DNA of 64,000 bases from Longimicrobiales bacterium (GCA_965197725.1 CBDANQ010000053.1:19289-83288), one strand, 5' to 3'. Positions 10,675 to 20,822 are shown, counted from the first letter of the stretch. Program-made: numbers and translations. Notes: generated from the sequence alone by a model not told the origin.

Positions 10675-11964
10675 ATGCGACACTCGATCCTCGGTTCGCT
10701 CCTATCCGCCCTGGCCGCAGCAGTCGTGCTCACGACCGCGAGCGGCGCGGAGCAGACCGCGGCCCTCCCTGAGTGCGACGCCGGCAACGGCAGCATCCAG
10801 CTTCCAGATGGGTTCTGCGCTGTCGTCGTCGCGGACGGCCTCGGCACGGCGCGGCACCTGGACGTGGCCCCGAACGGCGACATCTTCGTGGCGATCCGTA
10901 ACCAGCCGAACGCCCCCGGCGGAATCATCGCCCTGCGCGACACCGACGGAGACGGCCGCGCCGACGTTGAGGAGCGATTCGGCGCCGACGGCGGAACGAG
11001 CATACAGCTGCGCGGCGACTATCTATACTTCGGTCGCGACAACGCGATCGTCCGCCACCCGATGACGCTCGGCGAGCTCGTCCCGCACGGGCCTGCCGAG
11101 GTGATCGTGACGCTACCGGATCAGCAGTCCCATGCGTCCAAGGGCTTCGCCTTCGACGGTGGGGGCGGGATGTACGTGAACGTCGGCGCGCCCGCGAACG
11201 CATGTCAGTCGAAGGATCGCGTGCCTGGAGTCCCTGGCATGGACCCGTGCCCGTTGCTCGAGAATCACGGGGGCGTATGGAAGTTCGACGCGGATCGCCT
11301 GGGTCAAACCCAGGCGTCGGGCACTCGCTACGCGACCGGCATGCGGCAGAACTTCGCCATGGCCTGGCATCCGTTCGCGGCCGGGCTCTACCTGGCTCAG
11401 CACGGACGCGATCAGCTGAACACGCTGTGGGAGGGCTTCACGGAGGAGCAGAACGCCGAGCTACCGTCAGAGGAGTTCCTGAGGGTGGAAGACGGCTCCA
11501 ACTTCGGTTGGCCGTACTGCTACCACGACTGGCAGCAGGGCAAGCGGGTGCTGTCGCCGGAGTACAGTGGCGATGGAATGGAGGTCGGCCGCTGCGGCGA
11601 GTTCGATCTCCCCTTGATTGGCTTCCCGGGCCACTGGGCGCCCAATGCATTGATGTTCTACACGGGCGAGCAATTTCCGGAGAGATACCGGGGAGGTGCG
11701 TTCATCGTGTTCCACGGTTCGTGGAACCGGGCGCCATTGCCCCAGGGCGGGTATAAGGTCGTGTTCGTGCCGTTCGAAGGCAACGCGCCGGCCACGGGCG
11801 ACTACGAGATCTTCGCGGACGGCTTCGCCGGGGAGGCGCCCTTGATGAACCGCAACGACGCGGCCTACCGGCCCTCGGGCATTGCCGAGGGACCGGACGG
11901 CAGCGTCTACATCTCGAACGACAAGACCGGCCGAATCTGGAGAGTGATGTACCCTGGCGCCTGA
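10675..11964 (+). CDS. Secreted glucose/sorbosone dehydrogenase-family beta-propeller protein
   Basis: Signal peptide; YATGMR, NFGWPYCY, HWAPNALMFY, FHGSWNR motifs. Confidence 0.88.
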   Translation: MRHSILGSLLSALAAAVVLTTASGAEQTAALPECDAGNGSIQLPDGFCAVVVADGLGTARHLDVAPNGDIFVAIRNQPNAPGGIIALRDTDGDGRADVEERFGADGGTSIQLRGDYLYFGRDNAIVRHPMTLGELVPHGPAEVIVTLPDQQSHASKGFAFDGGGGMYVNVGAPANACQSKDRVPGVPGMDPCPLLENHGGVWKFDADRLGQTQASGTRYATGMRQNFAMAWHPFAAGLYLAQHGRDQLNTLWEGFTEEQNAELPSEEFLRVEDGSNFGWPYCYHDWQQGKRVLSPEYSGDGMEVGRCGEFDLPLIGFPGHWAPNALMFYTGEQFPERYRGGAFIVFHGSWNRAPLPQGGYKVVFVPFEGNAPATGDYEIFADGFAGEAPLMNRNDAAYRPSGIAEGPDGSVYISNDKTGRIWRVMYPGA

Positions 11965-12010
11965 GCGTTCGGCGACTAAGCCCGCATCAAAGGATAGGAC
12001 GGCCAACCCG

Positions 12011-12165
12011 ATGTCCGGTGCGATCACCCGCCTGAATTCAGCCCTTGAAGGCCGCTACCGCATCGAGCGTGCGCTAGGCGAGTGTGGCATGGCTACAGTC
12101 TCTACCTGGCCGACGACCTCAGGCATGAGCGGAAGGTCGCGCTGAAGGTCCTCAAGCCCGAACTC
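12011..12165 (+). pseudogene. N-terminal fragment of a Hanks-type Ser/Thr kinase
   Basis: MSGAITRLNSALEGRYRIERALGECGMATV-(frameshift)-YLADDLRHERKVALKVLKPEL, then truncated. Confidence 0.8.
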
Positions 12166-12367
12166 CTAGGTACGTCGGATACTCACCTACTGTGGGCATA
12201 CGCGAACGCTGGGCAGAGTGACCGTGCCGTTCAGCTGTTCGCGGGTGGCGAGCGCCGAAGAGTACCCACAACGTCCCAGGAGTGCCACAACTTTCCAAAA
12301 GCGTGCTGGGTATGAGAAATAAATAACGTAAGAAAATCGAAGTTCAATACCGTCGGAGCGTGGAGAG

Positions 12368-12658
12368 GTGGCAAACGGCGAAAAACGGATCGATCTCAGG
12401 AACGCACTGCTGAACCCTGCGCTTGCATTCCATGGTCCCGAGGATGTGCTTAAACGGGACGAGTTGACTCGCGAACAGAAGATCGAAGTCTTGCGTCGGT
12501 GGAAACTCGACGAGCTACAACTTCAAGTCGCGGACGAAGAGAACATGCGAAGCGAGCAATCCTCGGATATTTTCGACCGCGTGTTGCAAGCGCTCCATGC
12601 GCTGAACGCGAGTCCCAATCTCGAAGATCCACCGTCCACGAAGCACGGCGGCATTTGA
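12368..12658 (+). CDS. Small hypothetical protein
   Basis: GGAG RBS; 96-aa ORF with protein-like composition. Confidence 0.7.
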   Translation: MANGEKRIDLRNALLNPALAFHGPEDVLKRDELTREQKIEVLRRWKLDELQLQVADEENMRSEQSSDIFDRVLQALHALNASPNLEDPPSTKHGGI

Positions 12659-12704
12659 CTGCAACTGTCGCCGCCAGGCAGCTGAGACCAGGAGAAAGCG
12701 CACA

Positions 12705-13721
12705 GTGCTGGACACGTTCGGCCGGCCTCTTAAGAGCCTCCGGGTCTCACTGATCGACAAATGCAACCTGCGTTGCCAGTACTGTATGCCCGAGGAGGAG
12801 TATGTCTGGTTACCCCGCGACGACATCCTCACCGTCGAAGAGATCGGCGATCTCGTCGATGTCTTCAGCGAGCTTGGGGTGGACAAGGTGCGGCTCACAG
12901 GAGGCGAGCCGCTGCTCCGCCGCGAAGTTGTGGATGTGGTGGAGCGCGTAACGGCAAACCCGGATGTTCGTGACCTGAGCATGACCACCAATGGTGTGTT
13001 GCTGGCGAAGCAGGCGGAGTCGCTCCGGAGCGCGGGCCTGGACCGGGTCAGCGTGAGCCTCGATACGCTACGGCCGCAGCGGTTCGAGCAGCTCACGCGC
13101 CGCGCCCGTCTCCCCGAGGTGCTCGAAGGGATCGATGCCGCCGCGGAGGGCGGGTTGAAACCCCTCAAGATCAATACCGTGGTCATGCGCGGGTACAACG
13201 ACGACGAGCTCACTGACTTGATCGACTTCGCTAGAGATCGGGGCGCAGAAGTCCGTTTCATCGAATACATGGACGTGGGCGGTGCAACGCGGTGGACGAT
13301 GGACATGGTCGTTTCAAGTAGGGAGATACTGAGCCGGCTGGCGAGGCACTATGGACCGATCGAGCCGCTTCGCAACGATGGCTCGGCCCCGGCGAGCCGC
13401 TATGCGCTGCCCGACGGGACGACATTCGGCATCATCGCCTCGACAACCGAACCATTCTGCCGTGCCTGCGACCGGAGCCGGCTCACTGCCGATGGGATGT
13501 GGTTCCTGTGTCTGTACGGAGCCCACGGGATCGACCTTCGGCGGCCTCTGCGAGAGGGAGCCTCCCAAGACCATATGAGGTCGCTGATCGTGCGCGGTTG
13601 GACAAATCGTGCCGATCGTGGGGCCGAGGATCGGAAGGCGTTGGGCTTGCGAGGCCCTCTCTATCAGATCAAGGCTCTACGTAAAGATCCGCACCGGGAG
13701 ATGCACACGCGGGGTGGTTGA
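12705..13721 (+). CDS. moaA: GTP 3',8-cyclase, second (accessory) copy
   Basis: CNLRCQYC, RLTGGEPLLR, FCRACDRSRLTADG, C-terminal GG. Confidence 0.93.
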   Translation: MLDTFGRPLKSLRVSLIDKCNLRCQYCMPEEEYVWLPRDDILTVEEIGDLVDVFSELGVDKVRLTGGEPLLRREVVDVVERVTANPDVRDLSMTTNGVLLAKQAESLRSAGLDRVSVSLDTLRPQRFEQLTRRARLPEVLEGIDAAAEGGLKPLKINTVVMRGYNDDELTDLIDFARDRGAEVRFIEYMDVGGATRWTMDMVVSSREILSRLARHYGPIEPLRNDGSAPASRYALPDGTTFGIIASTTEPFCRACDRSRLTADGMWFLCLYGAHGIDLRRPLREGASQDHMRSLIVRGWTNRADRGAEDRKALGLRGPLYQIKALRKDPHREMHTRGG

Positions 13722-13940
13722 TGGTGCACCTGTGGGCAGTGCTTGCCCCCCGGTTGAGCGGCGGCCGGTTGCCTGTTCCAGGGAGTGTCCGGCGGAGGTG
13801 CGAGGATCGCGCTGCGGCCGACAGGGGCAATGGCGAGATCTAGGTGGGAAGCCTGCGGACCGGCCAGAGATGCCCTACGCGGCGAAAACGCCGTCTGACG
13901 CGCCAGCGTAGACATTTCACCGATCCGATGGAGTTAGCGT

Positions 13941-14579
13941 TCACCTCGCCTCGTCAAGCGAGGCGGAGAAGAAGCCGAGCTCACAGCGCATCGCGTAACG
14001 GTAGGCCAGAGAGACCCTGTGCGTGCCCTCGGCTAGCCGGTCGAGCAGCGACTCGAGCTCGGCTGCCAGCGCCTCGAACTCCTCGCTCGAGTAGGTCTCG
14101 ATCCACTCCCGATAGGGGTTCTGGGAGTGATCCTCCCGGGCCAACTCGTGTCCTAAGTATGCATAGAGGCGCATGCAGGGGGTCATCGCCGCCATAATCT
14201 CACCGACCTCGGCCGTCCACGCGGTCCGGAGCAAGAAGTCGGTATAGGCGCGGGTGGCCGGGTGGGGTCGGACCTTCTCCAAATCGATCGCAAAACTCTG
14301 AGCGTAGCCCTCGTGGAGTTTCAGCTCCTCCAGTACGCCGCGCATGAGCCCGTGGAGCCTCTGTGCGACCCCCCGTCTCTCCACTGCTCGAACCGCGCCC
14401 AGGGCGTAGGCGCTGAAAAAGGCCTTCAGGAAGAAAGCGTCCTGAGCCAGATAGTGCTTGAAGACCTCGAGATCCAAGCTACCGTCCCCCAAGCCGCGGA
14501 CGAACGGATGGGCCAAACATTCTTCGGCTAGTGCCTGGTTGGCCTGCCATAAGGTCCTGTGGAGCGGTTCGGCGACCAT
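13941..14579 (-). CDS. tenA: TenA-family thiaminase II / aminopyrimidine aminohydrolase (Cys type)
   Basis: HPFVRGLGDGSL, YLAQD, PCMRLY, PYREWIETY. Confidence 0.9.
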   Translation of the reverse strand: MVAEPLHRTLWQANQALAEECLAHPFVRGLGDGSLDLEVFKHYLAQDAFFLKAFFSAYALGAVRAVERRGVAQRLHGLMRGVLEELKLHEGYAQSFAIDLEKVRPHPATRAYTDFLLRTAWTAEVGEIMAAMTPCMRLYAYLGHELAREDHSQNPYREWIETYSSEEFEALAAELESLLDRLAEGTHRVSLAYRYAMRCELGFFSASLDEAR

Positions 14580-14586
14580 GATCGGT

Positions 14587-15189
14587 TCAGCCTTCCCAAG
14601 TCATGCGCCAAAAATCCCGCTCATGGCGCATCACCTCGTTGAACATCGCTTGCTGACGGGGATGGGGATGCTCGTCCACGAGCCTTGACAGGACGCGCAC
14701 GTAGGCTTGGAAGTCCTCATGGGTCCACCGAGCGATAAACTCGGTGTATGGCCCCCGGACCTCGAGACGACCCCACGCGACCGTGTAGGCCACCTCGACG
14801 CCGTAGAAGAGTGCCAGCAGCACCTGGAACGGCTCAGAGTAGCCCGCTGCGATCAGAAAGTCGACGTAGCGCTGGCACGTTGGGTGGAGCTCGGCGCCCA
14901 AATTGAGGGACCTGGCCTGGGCATGCGCCTCGAACCAGTCGAGCTCGTCGTCGAGGGCCGAGAGGCCCGCGATCAAGGCGCTCTGTCCCGGCCTGGGCGT
15001 CTTCGAGACCGTCAGCGACAAAAAGGCGGCAAAGCCTCTCACGAACAGGTAGTCCTGCACGAGCCAGCGGCTGAACGCATCCTCGGGCAGCGAGCCGTCG
15101 CCGACCGCATCCAGGAACTCCGCGCGTGTACCGAGCTCCCAGAGTTCCCCAGCGCCCAAGGCAAGACGCGATTCCTTAAACTCTTTCAC
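14587..15189 (-). CDS. TenA-family protein lacking the catalytic Cys (TenA_E-like)
   Basis: WLVQDYLFV, YGVEVAY, HERDFWRM. Confidence 0.85.
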   Translation of the reverse strand: MKEFKESRLALGAGELWELGTRAEFLDAVGDGSLPEDAFSRWLVQDYLFVRGFAAFLSLTVSKTPRPGQSALIAGLSALDDELDWFEAHAQARSLNLGAELHPTCQRYVDFLIAAGYSEPFQVLLALFYGVEVAYTVAWGRLEVRGPYTEFIARWTHEDFQAYVRVLSRLVDEHPHPRQQAMFNEVMRHERDFWRMTWEG

Positions 15190-15519
15190 CTACGGCCTCC
15201 CTCGGGATAGACAAGAGTTGGCGACCCGGTGCCCTCCAGACAGAGAGTCTATCCCAAGCACCTTCGCCTGCCCATTGTAAGTTCTGGAAGCTACATTGCT
15301 GAGAAGAAGAATCATTCTTGAGTAGCGTCCCCGCTGTTGAAGCATCCGAAATGACCGCTGACCACTGACACTCATTGGTTCTATCGGGCGGTTCTGAGGT
15401 CGCCTCGGACCGCGGGACCCGCAGGCAACAGCTAACCGGGGGTCCCCCTACGTCGGACGCTTACTCAAATCTGACGATCGAAGCGGGTCATCGTGCACCG
15501 CCATGAGGCATCCTCGGCA

Positions 15520-16956
15520 ATGAACGTGCTCCTCATCTCCTGCTATGAGCTCGGCCATCAGCCGTTCGGGGTGGCGTCCGCTGGCGCACACCTACTCGCT
15601 GGAGACCGCCATCAAGTAGAATGCCTCGATCTCGCCGTGGAGGTTCTCGACGAGGCCAAGGTCCGGCGAGCCGACTTTGTGGGGATCTCGACTCCCATGC
15701 ACACCGCGATCCGACTCGGCGTCAAAGTCGGTGAGCTGGTCCGGGGGTTGAATCCGCAGTGCCACATCTGCTACTTCGGGCTCTACGCTTCTCTTAACGA
15801 GGACTACCTTCTCGACGGCGTAGCCGACAGCGTGATCGGCGGTGAATTTGAGACGCCGCTCACTCAGCACGTCGACCGCTTGGCGGAAAATGGACCGCCC
15901 GTCCCCGGAGGCGTCTCCCTCGCGGAGCTGCGCGGTCCGCCGAACCTGTCTCGACAGCAGTTTCTCCCACCGGCGCGACATCTACTACCTCCCCTGGAGA
16001 AGTATGCCCGCCTCAGGACCTCCGGGGGAGAGCTCCGGCTTGTGGGACACGTCGAAGCGAGCCGCGGTTGTGCTCACCGGTGCCGCCACTGCCCGATCCC
16101 CGCCGTCTATGAGGGGAGGCTTCGAATAGTTCAGCGGGAAGTCGTGCTCGCCGATATCGACAACCTTGTGCACATCGGTGCGCAGCACATCAACTTTGGT
16201 GACCCTGATTTCCTGAACGGTGTGAAGCACTCACTCGGGATTGTTCGGGAGATGCGTAACCGCCACCCCGACCTGAGCTTCGACTTCACGGCCAAGATCG
16301 AGCACCTGATCCAGCATCGTGACGCGGTCATGGAGCTCGCAGCGCTGGGGTGCGTCTTCGTTCTGTCCGCCGTGGAGAGTGTGGACGACCGTATTCTCCG
16401 GTATCTCGACAAGGGTCACACCCGCGATGACGTGGTTGCTGCCCTGGAGATTACCCGAGCCGCCGAAGTAGCGCTTCGCCCCTCGCTGCTGCCTTTCACA
16501 CCTTGGACGACGCTGTCGGGGTATTTGGGGCTGCTCGAGTTCGTGCAGGACCACGATCTGGTGTATCAGCTGGACCCGGTACAGTACTCCATCAGGCTCC
16601 TTCTGCCTCCAGGCTCATGGCTCCTTGACATTCCGGAGATCCAACCCCACGTGGGGAGCCTGGTTCAGGAGGATTTCGTGTACACGTGGCGGCATCCGGA
16701 TCCCCGTGTGGACATGCTACAACGGCAGGTCGCGCGAGTCGCTGAAGAAGCGGCCGGCTCCGGTGAAGACCCGGCGACGACCTTCAACCGGATCAAGGAG
16801 CTTGCCCTTTCGACTATTCTCGGCCAGCCGACCGTAGCCCGGCTCCGATACCGCCGTCGAAGTGGTAGGCCGCCGCATCTCACTGAAGCGTGGTTCTGCT
16901 GAGCTGAGCCGACCGAGAGTCAGTTCGGCTCTGTGGCGAGGGGATTGGAAAGCTAG
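15520..16956 (+). CDS. B12-binding radical SAM protein with CUAEP tail (probable selenoprotein; TGA 16900-16902 = Sec)
   Basis: SRGCAHRCRHC motif; ...EAWFC-TGA-AEPTESQF...TAG(16954-16956); hairpin just after the TGA. Confidence 0.85.
16906..16931 (+). promoter_or_regulatory. Candidate bacterial SECIS hairpin
   Basis: GAGCCGA-CCGAGAGTCAGT-TCGGCTC stem-loop starting 3 nt after the in-frame TGA. Confidence 0.5.
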
Positions 16957-17075
16957 ACGATGCCAAGGACGGGACGGTGCACAGCCCGCGGCGGGCCCCG
17001 GCACCCTCTCGCCGAGTACACATCCTTGTAGAGACGATCGCCCCCATTGTGGAGACTCGCAGGGACCCGGGAGGG

Positions 17076-17349
17076 CTGTTGGACAAAGAGATCCAAGAAG
17101 CGGTCAACGAACAGATCCGCGCCGAGCTGTACTCTGCGTACACGTACTTGGGCATGTCGGCCCACTTCGCGGAGCAGAGCTTCGATGGGTTCGCGCATTG
17201 GATGCGCCACCAGGCCCAGGAAGAGGTGCAACACGCGATGCGGCTCTACGGCTACCTCCTGGAGCGAGGTGGCCACGTCAACCTGCGGGCCGTGGAAGCG
17301 CCGCCGACGAAGCTGGGCAAGCCGCTGGAGGTCTTCGAGGCCGCCCTAG
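17076..17349 (+). pseudogene. Ferritin, N-terminal half, truncated at an IS
   Basis: AVNEQIRAELYSAYTYLGMSAHF..GFAHWMRHQAQEEVQHAMRLYGYLLERGG; interrupted at CTAG 17346-17349. Confidence 0.88.
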
Positions 17350-18844
17350 CAGACCGTGGATAAAGTCCGGTCATCGCTGTTGTGTTAAATCAGGAGGACA
17401 CGAGGGTTTTTGCAGCGAGGACGGCGATGGCGGTAGGCAAGCGGCCCGAGGCTCGGCAGGGCGAGATGTTCGTGGTGGCGAGCGAGATTCGGGCCTTGGA
17501 CAACCCGTTCTACTGGGCCTTGAACGAGCTTCTGGCGAAAAGCGGGTTTGACGAGTTCGCGGAAGAGGCATGCCGTGAGTTCTACGCGGACAATCGGGGT
17601 CGCCCGGGGATTGCTCCCGGGGTGTATTTCCGAATGATGATGGTGGGCTACCTGGAAGGGATCGGCTCGGAGCGGGGCATTGCCTGGCGGTGTGGGGACT
17701 CGTTGTCGTTGCGTGAGTTTCTGGGATACGGGTGGGCGAAGAACCCGCCGGAGCATTCGACCCTGTCGAAGACGCGCAAGCGCCTGAGCGTGGAAGCGCA
17801 CGCGGCGGTGTTCGGGCGGGTGCTGGAGCTGCTGAAGGGGTCGGGGTTGCTGAGCGGCAAGACGCTGGGCGTCGACTCGACGACGCTGGAGGCGAATGCG
17901 GCGATGCGCACGATCGTGCGGCGCGACGACGGGTTGGGCTACGATGAATGGCTGGAGCAGGTGGCCCGGGCGTCGGGGATCGAGACGCCGACGCGCAAGG
18001 ATCTGACGACGCTGGACCGGAAGCGTCCGAAGAAGGGCTCGAACAAGGACTGGGTGCATCCGCACGACCCGGAGGCGCGGATCACGAAGATGAAGGACGG
18101 CAGGACGCGCCTGGCGCACAAGTTGGAGCAGGCGGTCGACATGGAGACCGGTGCGCTTGTGGCGGTGACGGTGCAGACGATGGACGGGGGAGATGTGGCG
18201 TCGCTGCCCAACACGCTGGACGAGGCAGAGCGGCAGCTGGAAGTAGTGCAGGTAGAGCCCGAGGAAGTGGTGGCCGACAAAGGCTACCACTCGAACAAGA
18301 CCATGACGGGCGTGAAGGAGCGGGAGCTGCGCAGCTATGTGAGCGAGCCCAACCGCGGGCGCCGGAAATGGAAGAACAACCGGGACGCGCAGAAGCCGAC
18401 CTACGACAACCGCCGCCGGATCCGCGGCAACCGGGGGATGCGGCTGCTGCGCCAGCGCGGCGAGAAGGTGGAGCGGGGGTTTGCGCACTTGCTTGTGACC
18501 GGAGGGCTGCGTCGCGTCCACATACGGGGCCAGGAGGAGATTCGAAAACGGATGTTGATCCACGCGGCGGCCTTCAACCTCGGCCTTCTCATGCGCAAGC
18601 GGTTCGGGGTTGGAACCCCCCGTGCGTTACAGGGCCTCGCTACCGTACAAGCTGCGCTCGTAACTCAGGTTACAACCCGCGTCTCGCGCTTTTTCCGCCG
18701 TATTCGGCGCTATTTCGCCTGCCTTGGGCCGAATATCGCCTCGTCAGACCCCAAAACCCGCTTCTTGCACAACAACACAGCCCCCGCGTGTCTGCCTTCT
18801 CTCCCACCCATCATCCGCTGGGAACCTATTTCTTCCACGGACTG
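17350..18844 (+). mobile_element. IS5/IS1182-like insertion sequence
   Basis: IRs CAGACCGTGGATAAA / CAGTCCGTGGAAGAAA; CTAG on both flanks (17346-17349, 18845-18848). Confidence 0.88.
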
Positions 18845-18848
18845 CTAG
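17427..18848 (+). CDS. DDE transposase (IS5/IS1182-like)
   Basis: GRPGIAP, PEHSTLSKTR, GVDSTTLEANA, VADKGY, VERGFA; the stop codon lies in the flanking CTAG. Confidence 0.9.
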   Translation: MAVGKRPEARQGEMFVVASEIRALDNPFYWALNELLAKSGFDEFAEEACREFYADNRGRPGIAPGVYFRMMMVGYLEGIGSERGIAWRCGDSLSLREFLGYGWAKNPPEHSTLSKTRKRLSVEAHAAVFGRVLELLKGSGLLSGKTLGVDSTTLEANAAMRTIVRRDDGLGYDEWLEQVARASGIETPTRKDLTTLDRKRPKKGSNKDWVHPHDPEARITKMKDGRTRLAHKLEQAVDMETGALVAVTVQTMDGGDVASLPNTLDEAERQLEVVQVEPEEVVADKGYHSNKTMTGVKERELRSYVSEPNRGRRKWKNNRDAQKPTYDNRRRIRGNRGMRLLRQRGEKVERGFAHLLVTGGLRRVHIRGQEEIRKRMLIHAAAFNLGLLMRKRFGVGTPRALQGLATVQAALVTQVTTRVSRFFRRIRRYFACLGPNIASSDPKTRFLHNNTAPACLPSLPPIIRWEPISSTDC

Positions 18849-18978
18849 ACAGGGAAGAGGGACCCAGAGACGGCGCTAGCGGTCGTACAACACGGATCGT
18901 GACTCCCCGAATCGACCTAAAGCCTCTTCAAAGACAGCCTGCGAGACACATTCGAGACACAGTGCCGAAAAACGACAT

Positions 18979-19010
18979 AGCGCCGCAGGGCTCGAAAGCC
19001 TTGCGGCGCT
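18979..19010 (-). terminator. Hairpin downstream of tRNA-Asn
   Basis: AGCGCCGCAGGGC-TCGAAA-GCCTTGCGGCGCT. Confidence 0.6.
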
Positions 19011-19023
19011 TTCTCTCCCACTA

Positions 19024-19096
19024 CTGGGGCGGGTGGGTTCGAACCACCAACCTCCTGGTTAACAGCCAGGCGCTCTGCCGATTGAGCTACACCCCA
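19024..19096 (-). tRNA. tRNA-Asn(GTT)
   Basis: TGGGGTGTAGCTCAATCGGCAGAGCGCCTGGCTGTTAACCAGGAGGTTGGTGGTTCGAACCCACCCGCCCCAG folds as a cloverleaf; CCA not encoded. Confidence 0.97.
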
Positions 19097-19194
19097 ATTT
19101 GGTCACTTCGTCGCATAACTGCGCGTTATGCTCACACAGCCGCCTTCAGCTACACGCAGTTCTGTGCAATGTCTTGTGCAAGAACGATCTGGTC

Positions 19195-19385
19195 TCATCC
19201 CTGCCTCTCTCTCAGCTCACCGCCGCCGAGAACGACGTGTAGGATAGTCTCAGCATCGGATTGTTGGTAGACCTTCCTGAGCGTAAGCGAACCCTTCCAG
19301 CCTCCCGCCGCAGCCACATCGGTATCAGATAAGTGCTTCCTTAAATCCGTGGCCCATTTGCGACGGTACGCAAGCCAGAGGCTCC
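19195..19385 (-). pseudogene. C-terminal remnant of a tyrosine integrase
   Basis: AYRRKWAT..DVAAAGGWKGSLTLRKVYQQ resembles box II (H-x-x-R...GW...Y). Confidence 0.7.
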
Positions 19386-19467
19386 CCCTTGAGCGGCTCC
19401 GAAAATCGTTCGTCCTGCTGCGGGTTCTCACCAACATCGCCTATTGACCCGGTCCTTCTTAATGGTG

Positions 19468-20424
19468 TTAGGAAGCCGGTCCAAACTGCGCCCGCGCCCA
19501 TTCCACCGTCCTATCGGCTCCTTCATCGGGATCTGTTGCGCCAACACCGAACTCGGCGCGGAACCGCGAATCGTCCACTTCGAACGGCGCCTCCCACTGG
19601 TGGAGCATCTCACCTACCTCGCGGACAATGGGGACGAAGAGACCGATAGCCCTGAGGACGATCGTTGGCATGCCGCGAAGGGCGATGTCCATTCCAAGGA
19701 CTCTGGCAAACCGGTCGACTAGCGTACGGCTAGTTTCCGCGGGAGCGCAGGGCAGCATCCATGGACGACCCACAACTTCGTCCGGACCTACCCCAAGCTG
19801 CTTGAGGCCTTCCACGACATCGGGGATAAAATGGTAGGTGTGCGGATTTTCTGGGTTGGGAAGGAACTCCGCTGGTTTGCCCGCTAGAGCAGCAGCCCAG
19901 AATCGGTCAGCGAAGTGGGTTCCCACCCCCCTTGGACCGTAGAAATCGGACGCCCGCCCTGCCACTGCCCTGACGTCCCCACGGTGATGGGCTGCAAAGA
20001 GAGCCTCAGCAAGACGACCTCTGATTTCGCCCTTTCGACTCCGAGGATTGACGGGAGTATCCTCATTGATTGGGCCACCGTCTCCCACGCCCATCATGTA
20101 GAGGTTCTCCAGAACAACCAGGCGTGCCCCGACCGAGCCCGCGGCCGCGATGAGATTCTCGAGGTACTTCGGTAACACCTCTTCCCAAACGCGCGTGCTG
20201 TAGGCTGGGTTCAGGCAGTGGTACACAACCTGCGCGTCGGAAACACACGCCTTGCAGAACGCAGGATCAGTCGCATCGCCGAGGGCTGGCTCCGCCCCGT
20301 CAGGGATTCCGGTGGAGCTCCGCTTCGCGACACGCACCTTTGCCCCAGACCGGAGAAGGGACTCAGCTAGGTGAGAGCCAACCTGACCTGCGCCGAACAC
20401 GACATGGACGCCTTCGGTCTCCAT
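19468..20424 (-). CDS. NAD-dependent epimerase/dehydratase-family protein
   Basis: VVFGAGQVG Rossmann motif, ENLYMMG, RASDFYGP. Confidence 0.9.
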   Translation of the reverse strand: METEGVHVVFGAGQVGSHLAESLLRSGAKVRVAKRSSTGIPDGAEPALGDATDPAFCKACVSDAQVVYHCLNPAYSTRVWEEVLPKYLENLIAAAGSVGARLVVLENLYMMGVGDGGPINEDTPVNPRSRKGEIRGRLAEALFAAHHRGDVRAVAGRASDFYGPRGVGTHFADRFWAAALAGKPAEFLPNPENPHTYHFIPDVVEGLKQLGVGPDEVVGRPWMLPCAPAETSRTLVDRFARVLGMDIALRGMPTIVLRAIGLFVPIVREVGEMLHQWEAPFEVDDSRFRAEFGVGATDPDEGADRTVEWARAQFGPAS

Positions 20425-20441
20425 TTGCCTTCCGATTTTCA

Positions 20442-20497
20442 GGCTTTCTAACGTGTCGCGATTCTGCTGCGCGCCTAAGATTTAGTAAGACGGCATG
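20442..20497 (-). repeat. Degenerate attC-like site between hspQ and the epimerase gene
   Basis: Minus strand: CATGCCGTCTTAC (R''-like)...GCAGCAGAATCGC...GTTAGAAAGCC (R'-like). Confidence 0.5.
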
Positions 20498-20501
20498 ATC
20501 A

Positions 20502-20822
20502 CTAGTGGATCTGAACATCATTGACGTACCGCCCGTTGCTAAAATCAGTGAAGTAGCGCTCCACTAGGGGATGTTGAATGGGGAGGCCACTGTGATCTGG
20601 TTCGAGGTTTCGTTCGGCTACATACGTTTGATTTTGGGCTCCGTGTGGCAATACCCGATACCAAGGACGGTGCTTGGGTGGTCTCGAACGGGCCACGGCT
20701 TCGTACCATTCCTCGGTTCCTCGAAAGTGCGGATCGACCTCGACGATTACACCTCGGTAATCAAACAGTTTGTGCTGCACCACGTCACCGACTGAAAAAC
20801 GGGCACTCGGCATCCGTATCAT
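20502..20822 (-). CDS. hspQ: Heat shock protein HspQ (YccV domain)
   Basis: FSVGDVVQHKLFDYRGVIVEVDP, PWYRVL, TYVAERNL. Confidence 0.92.
   Translation of the reverse strand: MIRMPSARFSVGDVVQHKLFDYRGVIVEVDPHFRGTEEWYEAVARSRPPKHRPWYRVLPHGAQNQTYVAERNLEPDHSGLPIQHPLVERYFTDFSNGRYVNDVQIH

Noticed and set aside
13890..13940. attC-like site (GTCTGAC..GTTAGCG) between moaA and tenA
   Set aside because: No convincing internal palindrome or L boxes.
15190..15490. TPP riboswitch upstream of the tenA pair
   Set aside because: No TPP aptamer core (CTGAGA...CCTGA..TAATGC) on the minus strand; only a generic GGGATAGAC/GTCTATCCC hairpin.
17385..19270. Long alternative-frame ORFs over the transposase (392 aa, 440 aa) and similar shadow ORFs elsewhere
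   Set aside because: GC-rich antisense or off-frame artefacts overlapping well-supported genes.
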